Shown here: positions 37,810 through 47,856 of the stretch, piece by piece
Layout: every line of letters starts with the position of its first letter
Numbering within the stretch: position 1 is the stretch's first letter
Program-made: the position numbers and the translations under genes
The notes under the pieces: generated by a model
What the model saw: only the letters and a program-made list of their open reading frames with translations
Databases searched by the model: none
Told to the model about the DNA's origin: nothing
IMG/VR virus record: IMGVR_UViG_3300050016_000100
Span: 9,145-73,144 of that record
Origin: a virus
DNA length: 64,000 nt
Strand: one strand, 5' to 3'

Positions 37810-38901
37810 ATGAACCGACAAGAAGCAATGCAGGCTTGGGGCGCGGACTCCGCGCACCTGGCCGCCCGTGGGTTGGTCCTTCTGGACGCGAAGTCGTATA
37901 TCCCGGACGAGTTCCGGCACGACTTTGCGCTCGCGATGGACGCGCAACCTGCGCTCGCGACATCGGCGAACGCCGGCATCCCGGCTTATCTGACGATGTT
38001 CGTCGATCCGGAGCAGGTCAAAATCCTGTTCTCTCCGACCAACGCCGCGAAAATTATCGGCGAAATGAAGAAGGGCACGTGGCTCGACGAAACCGCGATA
38101 TTCACGGTGATCGAACACACCGGCGAGGTGACCAGCTACGGCGACTACGCCGAGGGTGGCAGTTCCGGTGTCAACACCAACTTCCCGCAGCGCCAATCGT
38201 ATCTATTCCAGACGATGAAGCGCTACGGCGAGCGTGAGCTCGAACGCGCTGGTCTCGCCCGCCTCAACTATGTGAGCGAGATCGACGTCGCGGCGTCGAT
38301 GAGCCTGAACAGGCTTGCCAACCTCTCCTACTTCTTCGGTATTGACGGCCTGCAGAACTATGGGCTGATCAACGACCCGAACCTGTCGGCGGCGATCACC
38401 CCGGCGACGAAGTCGAACGGCGGCACCGGCTGGTTCACGACCGGCGGCGGCGTCAACGCGACGGCGAACGAGGTCTACAACGACATCGTCGCGATGTTCA
38501 AACTGCTGGTCGATCAGTCCGGTGGCAACCTCGACAAGGAAGCGAGTTGCGTCCTAGCGATGTCGCCCGACTCGGCACTCGCCCTGCAGTTCACGAACAC
38601 CTTCAACGTCAACGTGGAGGATCTGCTGAAGAAGAACTTCAAGAACCTCCGCCTCCAGACCGCCGTGCAGTACGGCGCCACGTCGGCGACCAACCCGCAG
38701 GGCGTCGCCGCCGGCAATCTCGTTCAGCTGATCGCTGAGAACGTGGAAGGCCAGAAAACCGGCACCTGCGCGTTCAACGAAAAGATGCGCTCGCATCCGA
38801 TCATCCGGGCGACCTCGTCCTTCCAACAGAAGGCAACCGCGGGAACCTTCGGGGCCGTGATCAAGCAGCCCTTCGCGTTCGCGCAAATGGTGGGAGTGTA
38901 A
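37810..38901 (+). CDS. Major capsid protein (DUF2184-type)
   Basis: AAGGAG RBS; SYGDY, GLQNYGLINDPNL; position in the operon. Confidence 0.88.
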   Translation: MNRQEAMQAWGADSAHLAARGLVLLDAKSYIPDEFRHDFALAMDAQPALATSANAGIPAYLTMFVDPEQVKILFSPTNAAKIIGEMKKGTWLDETAIFTVIEHTGEVTSYGDYAEGGSSGVNTNFPQRQSYLFQTMKRYGERELERAGLARLNYVSEIDVAASMSLNRLANLSYFFGIDGLQNYGLINDPNLSAAITPATKSNGGTGWFTTGGGVNATANEVYNDIVAMFKLLVDQSGGNLDKEASCVLAMSPDSALALQFTNTFNVNVEDLLKKNFKNLRLQTAVQYGATSATNPQGVAAGNLVQLIAENVEGQKTGTCAFNEKMRSHPIIRATSSFQQKATAGTFGAVIKQPFAFAQMVGV

Positions 38902-38907
38902 GATCCA

Positions 38908-39438
38908 ATGGCTGATAAGCAGAAGCAGAACGTCAAGACCGCGGGGGCCGTAGCGGCTCCCGCGATCGCGGCAGCGAAAGCGACCAAGACTGTCACCGTC
39001 GCGTGCAAGATGCCGAGCGGCCTCCTGCTCCGCATCTTCAAGATGGTCGACCAATCCGTCCAGGTCATGGGCGGCGGCAGCCGCATCGAGAAGCAGGCCG
39101 AACAGATCGGCAAGGCCGTAAAGATCAACGGCTACGCCAGCCCGTTCGGTAAGGCGCCGAAGCACACCGTCCTCGAGCAGACCTACGGCGGCTACGGGCT
39201 CACGCCCGGAGTCGACGCGGAGTTCTTCGCCAAGTGGATGCACGACAATGCGGAGAGCGATCTGGTGAAGAACAGGATCGTATTCGCGGCGTCCGACTCG
39301 GATCGAGTCGAAGCTGAAGCGGATGACTACAAGAAGGAATGGGACGGGATGCACCCGATCACGCCCGACACCGACAAACGCATCCCACGCGGTGTCAAGA
39401 CCGCCGACGAACAGAAGAAACCACAGGCGGCGGCCTGA
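38908..39438 (+). CDS. Virion-associated protein
   Basis: VTVACKMPSGL, GYGLT..VD.EFF..W. Confidence 0.7.
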   Translation: MADKQKQNVKTAGAVAAPAIAAAKATKTVTVACKMPSGLLLRIFKMVDQSVQVMGGGSRIEKQAEQIGKAVKINGYASPFGKAPKHTVLEQTYGGYGLTPGVDAEFFAKWMHDNAESDLVKNRIVFAASDSDRVEAEADDYKKEWDGMHPITPDTDKRIPRGVKTADEQKKPQAAA

Positions 39439-39442
39439 TCCG

Positions 39443-39895
39443 ATGGGCGCCGTCGCCACCTTCGACTATGCGGCATGGCTCGCGCGCTATCCTGAGTTCG
39501 GCCCGAGCGGGCAGCAGCCCGTCTCGGCCGACCAGGCGGCGATGTATTTCGCGGAGGCAACGGACAATCATCGCAACGACGGATTCGGGCCCGTCGAAGA
39601 TGCGACCACGCAGCTTCGGCTACTGAATATGCTGACCGCACACATCGCGGTCCGCAACGCAGCAAACGCTAATGGATCTCCGGCATCCGGGCTGGTCGGG
39701 CGAATCTCGTCCGCGACCGAGGGCTCGGTATCGGTATCAACCGATGCTCCGGGGATTCCCGCATCGGCGGCATGGTTAGCGCAGACCAAATATGGACTAG
39801 ACTACTGGAACGCGACGAAGTCGTACCGGACGGCCCGCTATCGCGCGCGCCCGACGAGGGTCATCAACGGCCCCTACCCGTTTTTTAGGCAGTAG
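39443..39895 (+). CDS. Head-tail adaptor (DUF4054-like)
   Basis: RYPEF, LTAHI, GRISSATEGSVSVS, QTKYG..YW. Confidence 0.82.
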   Translation: MGAVATFDYAAWLARYPEFGPSGQQPVSADQAAMYFAEATDNHRNDGFGPVEDATTQLRLLNMLTAHIAVRNAANANGSPASGLVGRISSATEGSVSVSTDAPGIPASAAWLAQTKYGLDYWNATKSYRTARYRARPTRVINGPYPFFRQ

Positions 39896-39897
39896 CC

Positions 39898-40347
39898 GTG
39901 GCGAGGTTCAAGGGCGGCGCGAAACTCACTGCCGCGCTGCGCGAGCTGGCGGAGAAGGTCACGAAACCCGGCACGCTCCGCGTCGGGTTCCTCGAAGGCG
40001 CGACCTATCTGGACACCACGCCGGTCGCGATGATCGCGGCGATCCAGAACTGGGGAGCGCCGAAGGCCAACATCCCGCCGCGACCGTTTTTCTCGAACAT
40101 GGTCCGCGACAAGAGTCCGGGATGGGGAAAAGCCGTCGAGACGAACTTGAAGGACACCGGGTACGACGCTACGGTGGCGCTCAAGCGAGTCGGTAAAGGA
40201 ATTGCGGGACAGCTGCGACAATCAATCCTCGATACGACCACCCCGCCGCTTAAGCCGGCGACGGTCCGTCGAAAAGGATTCGACAAGCCGCTGGAAGATA
40301 CCGGCCACATGCTCAACAGAGTAAACTTCGAAGTTAAGGGCGACTGA
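39898..40347 (+). CDS. Neck/tail completion protein
   Basis: IPPRPFF, KPLEDTGHML. Confidence 0.78.
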   Translation: MARFKGGAKLTAALRELAEKVTKPGTLRVGFLEGATYLDTTPVAMIAAIQNWGAPKANIPPRPFFSNMVRDKSPGWGKAVETNLKDTGYDATVALKRVGKGIAGQLRQSILDTTTPPLKPATVRRKGFDKPLEDTGHMLNRVNFEVKGD

Positions 40348-40350
40348 CCG

Positions 40351-41571
40351 ATGCGAGGAATCTACGCCAGCCTCCCGATATGGGGGGGCGCGCACGTCGC
40401 GCTCTGGAGCCGCTATGCGCTTCCGGCCATGCTGGCGCCAGGCAATCTGCCGGCGATCTCGCGGATCGCGCCGACGACGGTGCTGATCTACACGAACGCG
40501 ATGGACAGGAACGTTATTGAGGCGCTTCCCGAGTTTAACGACCTGATGGACGTCTGCGCGGTATCGTTCGTCATCATCGGCGTCGACGCGAACGAAATGG
40601 TGGAGCTCCTTCACCCCCAGGCCCGCCACGGTGGAACCTGCTACAAAAATTGTCAGAACATGGCAATCAAGCGCGCGTGGGAGGACGACTGCGGCAACGT
40701 CTTTATGACCGCCGACACGATCTGGTCGAACAACGGCGCGGCCAAGATCGAGGAGGCGCTCGCCGCAGAGAAACGCGGACTCGTACACGTCGGCTATTGC
40801 ACGGGCGGGCGGGCACTCACGGCGAATCCGGATGCGCTCGGCCGCGAGATGGCGGCGTGGGCGGCCGATGCAACACCGCTCGAGATGTCGCGGCGCTTCC
40901 TGCGCGCAAGCGGCGGCGGGGCGCTGCCGCCATCGATCACGGAGCCGAAGTTCGGACGTAACCCGTCGAACCTACGATGGTCGACGGGGGACGGGCGCGG
41001 GATGATGGTCCGGCCGATCCATCTCAACCTCAGCTTCGCGTACCCGCAGATGGGGCCGATCGCGATGAACCACGGCGTCGACCACGACTTCGCGAACCGG
41101 GCGTTCACCAGCCGGGACCAGCTGATGCTGATCCAGGACACGACCGAGTTCATGGTGCTCAGCATCGATACGCTCGGCGATAGCGCACCGGTCTATGATC
41201 CTGGGCAGGAGCCGGACTATCCGGACTACAGCCCGGAACTCGTGGCGGCCTACATGAAGGATTCGGCGTCGCCGTGGCAGCGGGAGTGGATGCGCGATTA
41301 CTGGTGGTGCCACGATGGCACGCTTGCGCTTGACGACCCCGATCGCCAGCGCGTCGAACGCGAGAGCGATCTAGCGGTTGATGAGATGTTCGCTTGCTAC
41401 AACCGCGCGGCCACCATTGCGTTCTGGGCGAATCGGCGGCAACAAGGATTGCCAATGACTCACAGAACGGAAGTGGGACACAAGAAACACAGCGCGACTA
41501 TGCGTGCGCGACATCAACTAGGGCGATCTCGCCCCAACCGCTCGGCGGTGATAGGAAGGGAGGTGGGTTGA
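40351..41571 (+). CDS. Putative GT-A-like glycosyltransferase/hypothetical protein
   Basis: IWG..H..L.....LP.MLAPGNLPA and TAD.IWS (DxD-like); first gene of the sugar cluster. Confidence 0.45.
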   Translation: MRGIYASLPIWGGAHVALWSRYALPAMLAPGNLPAISRIAPTTVLIYTNAMDRNVIEALPEFNDLMDVCAVSFVIIGVDANEMVELLHPQARHGGTCYKNCQNMAIKRAWEDDCGNVFMTADTIWSNNGAAKIEEALAAEKRGLVHVGYCTGGRALTANPDALGREMAAWAADATPLEMSRRFLRASGGGALPPSITEPKFGRNPSNLRWSTGDGRGMMVRPIHLNLSFAYPQMGPIAMNHGVDHDFANRAFTSRDQLMLIQDTTEFMVLSIDTLGDSAPVYDPGQEPDYPDYSPELVAAYMKDSASPWQREWMRDYWWCHDGTLALDDPDRQRVERESDLAVDEMFACYNRAATIAFWANRRQQGLPMTHRTEVGHKKHSATMRARHQLGRSRPNRSAVIGREVG

Positions 41572-41576
41572 CGGAA

Positions 41577-42504
41577 ATGAAGTTTCTCGTCAACCTTTGA
41601 CCTCTTTAATCACAATGAGACCGGGCAGCGGTCGCTCGAGGACGTGGTCGGCATCTTCGGCCACCAGCTTCGCGCGCTCGGCCACAAGATCGTATGGGCG
41701 CCGGATAACAAAAAATGGCTTCCGCGCGATGCTGGTGTGAACATCATCGTCGAGGGGTTCTCGAAGGAAGCTGTTGCGTCGATTGCTAACGGTCACGCGC
41801 AGGGTGCGCGATTCTTGATCCTCGCGACGGAAGAGCCCACACCGAAGGGGTTCAACCACGGCACGCAGGAAGAGATGGTCCGGCGCCAGGAGTTATTTCC
41901 GGAGGCCGCTAAGTATGCGGAGGGGATCCTTCACTTCGTTCCGGGCGACGCGGTCACGCGCTGGTACGCGCAGTTCGCGCCGGCTGCGATGGTCGAGCTC
42001 GGCTACGCCGACACGCTTGTTCGCACTCCAGACAATAAGGAACCAGCCTACGACTTCGGTTTCTTCGGATCACTGTCGCCTCGCCGGCACAAGATTCTCA
42101 AGAAACTCGCGAAACGCATTGGCACCGTGAAGGCGGTCCGGATCGTCGCTGACTTTGCGACTCAGTTTGACCGCGATCAGGCCATGCGGGAGGCAAAGGT
42201 CATCGTCCAGATCAGGAAGTTCGATGAGATGGGGCTGGTCTCGTCGTCACGATGCAACACTTCCCTGTGCATTGGGCGTCCGATCGTGGCGGAACCCCAC
42301 TTGCTATCGAAGCCGTGGGACGAGATAGTGCGGTTCTCGACCACCCTAGACGGTTTCTACGATACGGCAATTATGATACGCGGAGCCTGGCGCGGCGTGC
42401 ACGCGGATCAATTCGCCAAGTTTAAGCATCGGCTATCTCCCGAGCATTGCGTAGGCCGCGCGATGCGAGAGATCGGGTTCGACCTCGAAAGGTGTGCGGC
42501 GTGA
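41577..42504 (+). CDS. GT-B-like glycosyltransferase; 5' end frameshifted at CTT-TGA-C (41595-41601)
   Basis: YDFGFFGSLSPRR, RD.....AKV, SSR......G.PIVAE resemble Glyco_trans_1_2; RBS plus ATG at 41577 is out of frame by +1. Confidence 0.6.
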
Positions 42505-42526
42505 AGTAATTCAAAGGGGCGCGACA

Positions 42527-42955
42527 ATGGCTGACACGGTACGGGCTCGGAAGTATCTTCCGACGCTCTCTGACCTCATCGACCGGCTGACGATCGTCCA
42601 GCTGAAGGCAGTCTTTATCCCGGCGCACCGGGACGAATACGTCGCCGAACGCAAGCTGATTGAGCACGACATCGACCTGATCCTATCGAAACAGAAACGC
42701 CGCATGACGGCAGCCGACATCCATGCGATCGTTGTCATCATGCTCGCGAACCGATTCATCTGGGAAAACGAATCGAAGGCCAGGGCCGGTGGCAAGGAAC
42801 AGGACAAGCTCCTGAAGCTCACGCACTCGATCAACGGTGTGCGCGCGGCGGCAAAGAACGCGCTCGCACGATTCGACGGTGGCCGGAAGGATTACAAGAT
42901 CGATGCCTTGGCGGCTGACTTGCCTCCGGAGTTCGGGAACTGGAAGGTGTTCTAG
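42527..42955 (+). CDS. Helical protein (DUF4254/DUF6165-like)
   Basis: LSDLIDRLTIVQLK, N..IW..E, N..R...KN. Confidence 0.55.
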   Translation: MADTVRARKYLPTLSDLIDRLTIVQLKAVFIPAHRDEYVAERKLIEHDIDLILSKQKRRMTAADIHAIVVIMLANRFIWENESKARAGGKEQDKLLKLTHSINGVRAAAKNALARFDGGRKDYKIDALAADLPPEFGNWKVF

Positions 42956-43191
42956 TGACCGATGATCTCGAAACATTGATACGCAATAGGCAGAACGAAT
43001 TGCGCGACCCGCGACGATTCACCCATCCGGTGATTGTTATCGACGAACGCTCGTTGACAGAGCGAGTCGGCGACTGGATCGACGAACACGAATACGGATT
43101 GTTGAACTGGTCGATTGTGGCCACAGGCGCGGCTCTGATTCTCATTGTCGTCTGTCTGCTAGTAATGATCAGCGTCAGAGTTGTCAGTTGA
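42955..43191 (+). CDS. Small protein with C-terminal TM helix
   Basis: Hydrophobic C-terminus; overlaps neighbours. Confidence 0.55.
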   Translation: MTDDLETLIRNRQNELRDPRRFTHPVIVIDERSLTERVGDWIDEHEYGLLNWSIVATGAALILIVVCLLVMISVRVVS

Positions 43192-43799
43192 AGACGATCG
43201 ACCTGATCTCCTTCGAGGCCGACATCGCGGAAGCGTTCAATCGCGGCGAGATACGCGCGCCGGTCCACCTTGCGGGCGGAAACGAGGAACAGCTCATCGA
43301 GATATTCGAGGGCGTTCGGCCGATTGACTGGGTCTGCTGCTCGTGGCGATCGCATTACCACTGCCTGCTCAAAGGCGTCCCACCGGAACGGCTGAAGGCC
43401 GACATCATCGCGGGCCGGTCGATAACGCTGACCTATCCGGAATACAGGATCGTCTCGTCGGCAATCGTCGGCGGCGTCCTACCGATTGCGCTCGGCCTCG
43501 CCTGGTCTATCGCGCGGGCGGGCGGCGATGAGCGGGTATTCGTCTTCGCTGGCGACATGACGTCGCTCGGCGGCATGTACGCAGAATGTAAACGCTATGC
43601 CGAGGGGTTCAACCTGCCGGTATTCTTCGTCGTCGAGGATAACGGCATCTCGGTCTGCACGGATACGAAAGACACGTGGGGCGAGCGGACGACGGTCTCA
43701 AAGCCTGAGGGAGTGCGCGCCGCGAATGGTGCGACGATGAGGTATCGCTACGTGCTGCCGTGGCCCCATGCCGGAGCAGGGAAGCGAGTTCAGTTTTGA
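43188..43799 (+). CDS. TPP-dependent enzyme, E1-alpha-like (minimal)
   Basis: HL..GNE, RSH, IVGG, GDM...VEDN TPP-binding motif. Confidence 0.85.
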   Translation: MKTIDLISFEADIAEAFNRGEIRAPVHLAGGNEEQLIEIFEGVRPIDWVCCSWRSHYHCLLKGVPPERLKADIIAGRSITLTYPEYRIVSSAIVGGVLPIALGLAWSIARAGGDERVFVFAGDMTSLGGMYAECKRYAEGFNLPVFFVVEDNGISVCTDTKDTWGERTTVSKPEGVRAANGATMRYRYVLPWPHAGAGKRVQF

Positions 43800-44317
43800 G
43801 CGCGTACTTCACCGAACTGTCACGCGCGATGGAGATGATCGGCTCCCACCCGCGCGCCGTGTTCATGGGCCAAGCGGTTGCCTGTGCCGGAACCGCAATG
43901 AGCCGAACACTTGCGGGCGTCCCGAAGAACAAGTTGATCGAGTTGCCCGTCGCTGAGGACATGCAGATGGGCATGGCGATCGGTGCAGCGATGAACGGCG
44001 ATATGCCGGTGTGTATCTACCCGCGATTTAATTTTCTGCTGCTGGCGATGAGCCAGTTGGTGCTGCATCTCGATAAGCTGCCACTCTATTCCCGCTACCG
44101 GCCGCGCGTGATCATACGCACGGCGATCGCGACGCCGGACCCGCTCGATCCTGGACCGCAGCACCTCGGCGACTATACCGAGGCGTTCGAACTGATGCTC
44201 ACCACCGTCGTCGTGCGTAGGCTTGACGATGCCGCGCGGATCGTGCCGGAGTACATGGACGCAACGCAGCGGTTGGAATCGACGCTGCTGGTCGAGCGGA
44301 CGGAGCTCTACACATGA
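43796..44317 (+). CDS. TPP-dependent enzyme, E1-beta-like pyrimidine-binding domain
   Basis: ELPVAE...GMAIG.A..G, GPQH. Confidence 0.85.
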   Translation: MSAYFTELSRAMEMIGSHPRAVFMGQAVACAGTAMSRTLAGVPKNKLIELPVAEDMQMGMAIGAAMNGDMPVCIYPRFNFLLLAMSQLVLHLDKLPLYSRYRPRVIIRTAIATPDPLDPGPQHLGDYTEAFELMLTTVVVRRLDDAARIVPEYMDATQRLESTLLVERTELYT

Positions 44318-45453
44318 GTAGGCCGGAGATCAGATACCCCACAGCGTTCTCGGTGTGGGGCGACGAGGAGCGCGCGGCAATCGACCGTATTTTGAGGCGC
44401 GGCCAGTTAACGATGGGCGCCGAGGTCGCAACATTCGAACGCGAGTTTGCATCCTATCACGACCGTAAGTACGCGATCATGGTCAACTCCGGAAGCTCGG
44501 CCAACCTGGTCGCCGTCGCGGCATTGTGTCACCGCACTGGATCTCGACCGATCAAACGCGGGGATGTCGCATTGGTGCCTGCGCTGGCGTGGAGCACGAC
44601 CTACGCTCCGATTATCCAGCACGGCCTCGATCTCGCGCTAATGGACTGCGACGGCGGATGGAACGCCGACGTTTATCATCCAAGACTCGATGCGAAGAAT
44701 GCCCGCCTCGTTGTGGGATGCTCGATCCTCGGCAATCCAGCGAACCTGGAGGCGATGCGCACTATGGCCGGTGTGCTCGATGCCGCATTCCTCGAAGACA
44801 ACTGCGAGAGCATCGGCGCGCGGACGAGCGACGGGAAGCTATGCGGTACATTCGGCGATCTGAGCACCTTCTCGTTTTTCTATTCGCATCAAGTCAGCGC
44901 GATCGAGGGCGGCGCGATCCTGACCGACGACGAAGAGCTCGCCGGACTTTGCCGCATCTTGCGGGCCCACGGATGGACGCGCGACGTCACGCCGCCGGTG
45001 TCGTTCGACGAGGAATACAATTTCGTCGCCTTCGGCTACAACGTGCGCCCGCTCGAGATGCACGCCGCGGTCGCGCGATGCCAGCTACGCAAGCTCGACG
45101 CCTTCACAATTCGCAGGCGGATGAACGCCGTCCTATTCCGCAAGCTGACCGCCGACCTTCCGATCTTTCACCCGGACATCGATGGCGATCCGAGCCCGTT
45201 CGGTCTGCACTTCATGGTCAATGACCACGACGCCAGGAACCGGCTTGCGGTGGCCCTACGGGGCGATGGAATCGATTGCCGGCTGCCGACTGGCGGTAGC
45301 CTCACCCGGCATCCCTACGGGGCCCGCTGGAGCGCCCAGGAGACCCCTCGGGCGGATGCGGTCCATGATCAGGGCATGTTTCTGGGCAACGGCCCGCTGG
45401 ACCTGACCGATCAGATTACGGCGGCGGTCGAAGTCATGCGGAGGACGCTCTGA
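44314..45453 (+). CDS. DegT-fold PLP/PMP enzyme, ColD/E1-like 3-dehydratase
   Basis: NSGSSANL, EDNCES.GA, SFFYSHQVSAIEGG (His at the usual Lys position). Confidence 0.82.
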   Translation: MSRPEIRYPTAFSVWGDEERAAIDRILRRGQLTMGAEVATFEREFASYHDRKYAIMVNSGSSANLVAVAALCHRTGSRPIKRGDVALVPALAWSTTYAPIIQHGLDLALMDCDGGWNADVYHPRLDAKNARLVVGCSILGNPANLEAMRTMAGVLDAAFLEDNCESIGARTSDGKLCGTFGDLSTFSFFYSHQVSAIEGGAILTDDEELAGLCRILRAHGWTRDVTPPVSFDEEYNFVAFGYNVRPLEMHAAVARCQLRKLDAFTIRRRMNAVLFRKLTADLPIFHPDIDGDPSPFGLHFMVNDHDARNRLAVALRGDGIDCRLPTGGSLTRHPYGARWSAQETPRADAVHDQGMFLGNGPLDLTDQITAAVEVMRRTL

Positions 45454-46385
45454 TGCGGATACTGATCACCGGCGGAGCCGGCTATATCGGATCGGTTCTC
45501 ACGGCCGCGCTCCTGGAAGATGGCCACGATGTCACGGTTCTCGACAACTTCATGTATCGGCAGACGTCGCTGAACATGCTTTGCGCGTACCATGACTTCG
45601 ATGTAATTCGCGGAGACGCGCGGGATGCGGTGGCGCTATTGCCGCTGATCCGGAAGGCGGACGTGGTGATTCCCCTGGCGGGGCTTGTCGGCGCGTCGCT
45701 CTGCGCGAGCGACATGGCCGGCGCCGAGACGACGAACCTCGGCGCCGTGGTGACCGCGATCTCGTTGATGAGCCGGGAACAGTTGATGCTGATCCCGATC
45801 ACGAACAGCGGTTACGGCGTAGGCGAACCAGGAATCGAGTGCACGGAAGAAACACCGATGCGGCCGATCAGTCTCTATGGGCGGACGAAGGTCGAAGCCG
45901 AGAAGATCGCACTCGATCATGGCAATGCGATCAGCTTCCGGCTCGCGACGGTCTTCGGTATGTCGGCCAGGATGCGGATCGACCTGTTGGTCAACGATTT
46001 CGTCTATCGCGCTGTGACAGACCGCGCGGTGGTGCTATTCGAGTCGCACTTCAAACGGAATTACATTCACGTTCGCGACGTCGCCCGCGCGTTCTGTCAC
46101 GGCATCGATAACTTCGACGCCATGAAGGGCCGACCCTATAATGTGGGGCTGTCCGATGCTAACTTATCGAAGCTGGAACTATGCGAGCGGATCAAGGCGC
46201 GAATCCCGGCCTTTGTCTTTCTGGAGGCACCGATCGGTGAAGACCAGGACAAACGGGACTACATCGTCTCAAACGCACGCATCGAGGCGACCGGCTGGCG
46301 TCCGACATGGACGCTCGATGCTGGCATCGATGAGCTCGTCAAAGGCTACAGGATGATCAGGAACACGATTCATGGGAACGCATAG
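45453..46385 (+). CDS. NAD-dependent epimerase/reductase (extended SDR)
   Basis: TGGAGYIG and YGRTK. Confidence 0.9.
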   Translation: MRILITGGAGYIGSVLTAALLEDGHDVTVLDNFMYRQTSLNMLCAYHDFDVIRGDARDAVALLPLIRKADVVIPLAGLVGASLCASDMAGAETTNLGAVVTAISLMSREQLMLIPITNSGYGVGEPGIECTEETPMRPISLYGRTKVEAEKIALDHGNAISFRLATVFGMSARMRIDLLVNDFVYRAVTDRAVVLFESHFKRNYIHVRDVARAFCHGIDNFDAMKGRPYNVGLSDANLSKLELCERIKARIPAFVFLEAPIGEDQDKRDYIVSNARIEATGWRPTWTLDAGIDELVKGYRMIRNTIHGNA

Positions 46386-47856
46386 ACTCGACCTGATGCT
46401 GATCCACCCCGGTGCCGCGCATGGCATCTACGGGGCGCTCGGTGATGATCTGGTCGCGGTCGAACCGCCGCTGTGGTGCCGGCTGATCGCCGGATATGTG
46501 CGCGACCGAGGATTCTCAGTCCGGATCATCGATGCCGAGGCCGAGCGGTTGCATCCGGCGAGCGTTGCCGCGTTCGTGGCCGAGGCCGATCCACGGCTGG
46601 TCTGCATCGCGGCCTACGGTCACCAGCCATCGGCGTCGACTCAGCAGATGGTCGCCGCCGGCACCACAGCGCGCGAGATCACTGATCGTTCGGCCACCCC
46701 GATCCTGATGGTCGGCGGCCACGTTTCTGCGCTACCGGAACGGACGCTGAATGAGGAAATGATCGACTATGCCTGCGTCGGCGAAGGTCCGGAAACGGTC
46801 GCGAGCTTATTGCGCGGCAACTCGGTTGAGGAAGTGCCCGGCCTCGTCTGGCGCGATTCGGAGACACTGAAGGTCCGGATCAATCCATCGGCGCCGCTGA
46901 TCGAAGACCTCTCGCAGCTTCACGGCGATGCCTGGGACCTGCTGCCGATGGCGACCTACCGGGCGCACAACTGGCAATGCTTCGGCGAGCTCGGCCGGCG
47001 CAAACCATACGCCTCGATCTTCACGTCGCTCGGCTGCCCGTATCGATGTTCGTTCTGCTGCATCAACGCGCCGTTCGAGACGAATCGATACCGTATGCGC
47101 GATCCGCGTGATGTCGTTGACGAGATCCTCAGTCTCCGGAGTCGATACGGCGTCACGACCTTCAAGATCGTCGACGAGATGTTCGTGCTCAACGAGCGGC
47201 ACTACACGGCTATCGCCGAGGGCCTCGTCGCATCGGGGATCTCCGATGACCTGAACATCTGGGCCTATGCCCGCGTGGATACGGTTAAGCCGGATAAGCT
47301 CGCGCTCCTGCGCACCGCCGGCATCCGGTGGCTCGCACTCGGGATCGAATCGGCCAGCGCCTATGTTCGCGATGGCGCATCGAAACGGCTCAAGAACGAC
47401 GACATCGTCGGCGTGGTGCGCACGATCCAGGCGGCCGGGATCAACGTGATCGGAAACTACATCTTCGGGCTGCCGGACGATGATAGTGCATCGATGCAGG
47501 CCACGCTTGACCTTGCGCTCGAACTCAACACCGAGTTCGCTAACTTTTATTCAGCAATGGCCTATCCGGGCTCCCGGCTCTATGACGAGGCGGTCGCGAA
47601 GGGATGGACGTTGCCGGAGACCTGGCGCGGATATAGTCAGCACAACGACGATTGTCGGCCGCTCGACACCACGCACGTCGATGCGGCCACCGTGTTGCGG
47701 TTCCGCGATGCGGCTTTTACCGCCTACTTCACCGATCCGGACTATCTCGACATGGTGCAGGATCGATTTGGTCTCGAGACGCTCGATCACGTCCGGCGCA
47801 TGACTCAGTACCGGCTACGCCGGAAACTCCTCGAGCGCGCGCGGGCGGCGGCGTGA
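46372..47856 (+). CDS. Cobalamin-binding radical SAM enzyme
   Basis: N-terminal B12 domain (GGH.S..PE, GEG); CPYRCSFC; GIES. Confidence 0.9.
   Translation: MGTHRLDLMLIHPGAAHGIYGALGDDLVAVEPPLWCRLIAGYVRDRGFSVRIIDAEAERLHPASVAAFVAEADPRLVCIAAYGHQPSASTQQMVAAGTTAREITDRSATPILMVGGHVSALPERTLNEEMIDYACVGEGPETVASLLRGNSVEEVPGLVWRDSETLKVRINPSAPLIEDLSQLHGDAWDLLPMATYRAHNWQCFGELGRRKPYASIFTSLGCPYRCSFCCINAPFETNRYRMRDPRDVVDEILSLRSRYGVTTFKIVDEMFVLNERHYTAIAEGLVASGISDDLNIWAYARVDTVKPDKLALLRTAGIRWLALGIESASAYVRDGASKRLKNDDIVGVVRTIQAAGINVIGNYIFGLPDDDSASMQATLDLALELNTEFANFYSAMAYPGSRLYDEAVAKGWTLPETWRGYSQHNDDCRPLDTTHVDAATVLRFRDAAFTAYFTDPDYLDMVQDRFGLETLDHVRRMTQYRLRRKLLERARAAA

Noticed and set aside
43188-44317. Pyruvate dehydrogenase as an auxiliary metabolic gene
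   Set aside because: Both subunits are minimal, E2/E3 are absent, and the context is NDP-sugar tailoring
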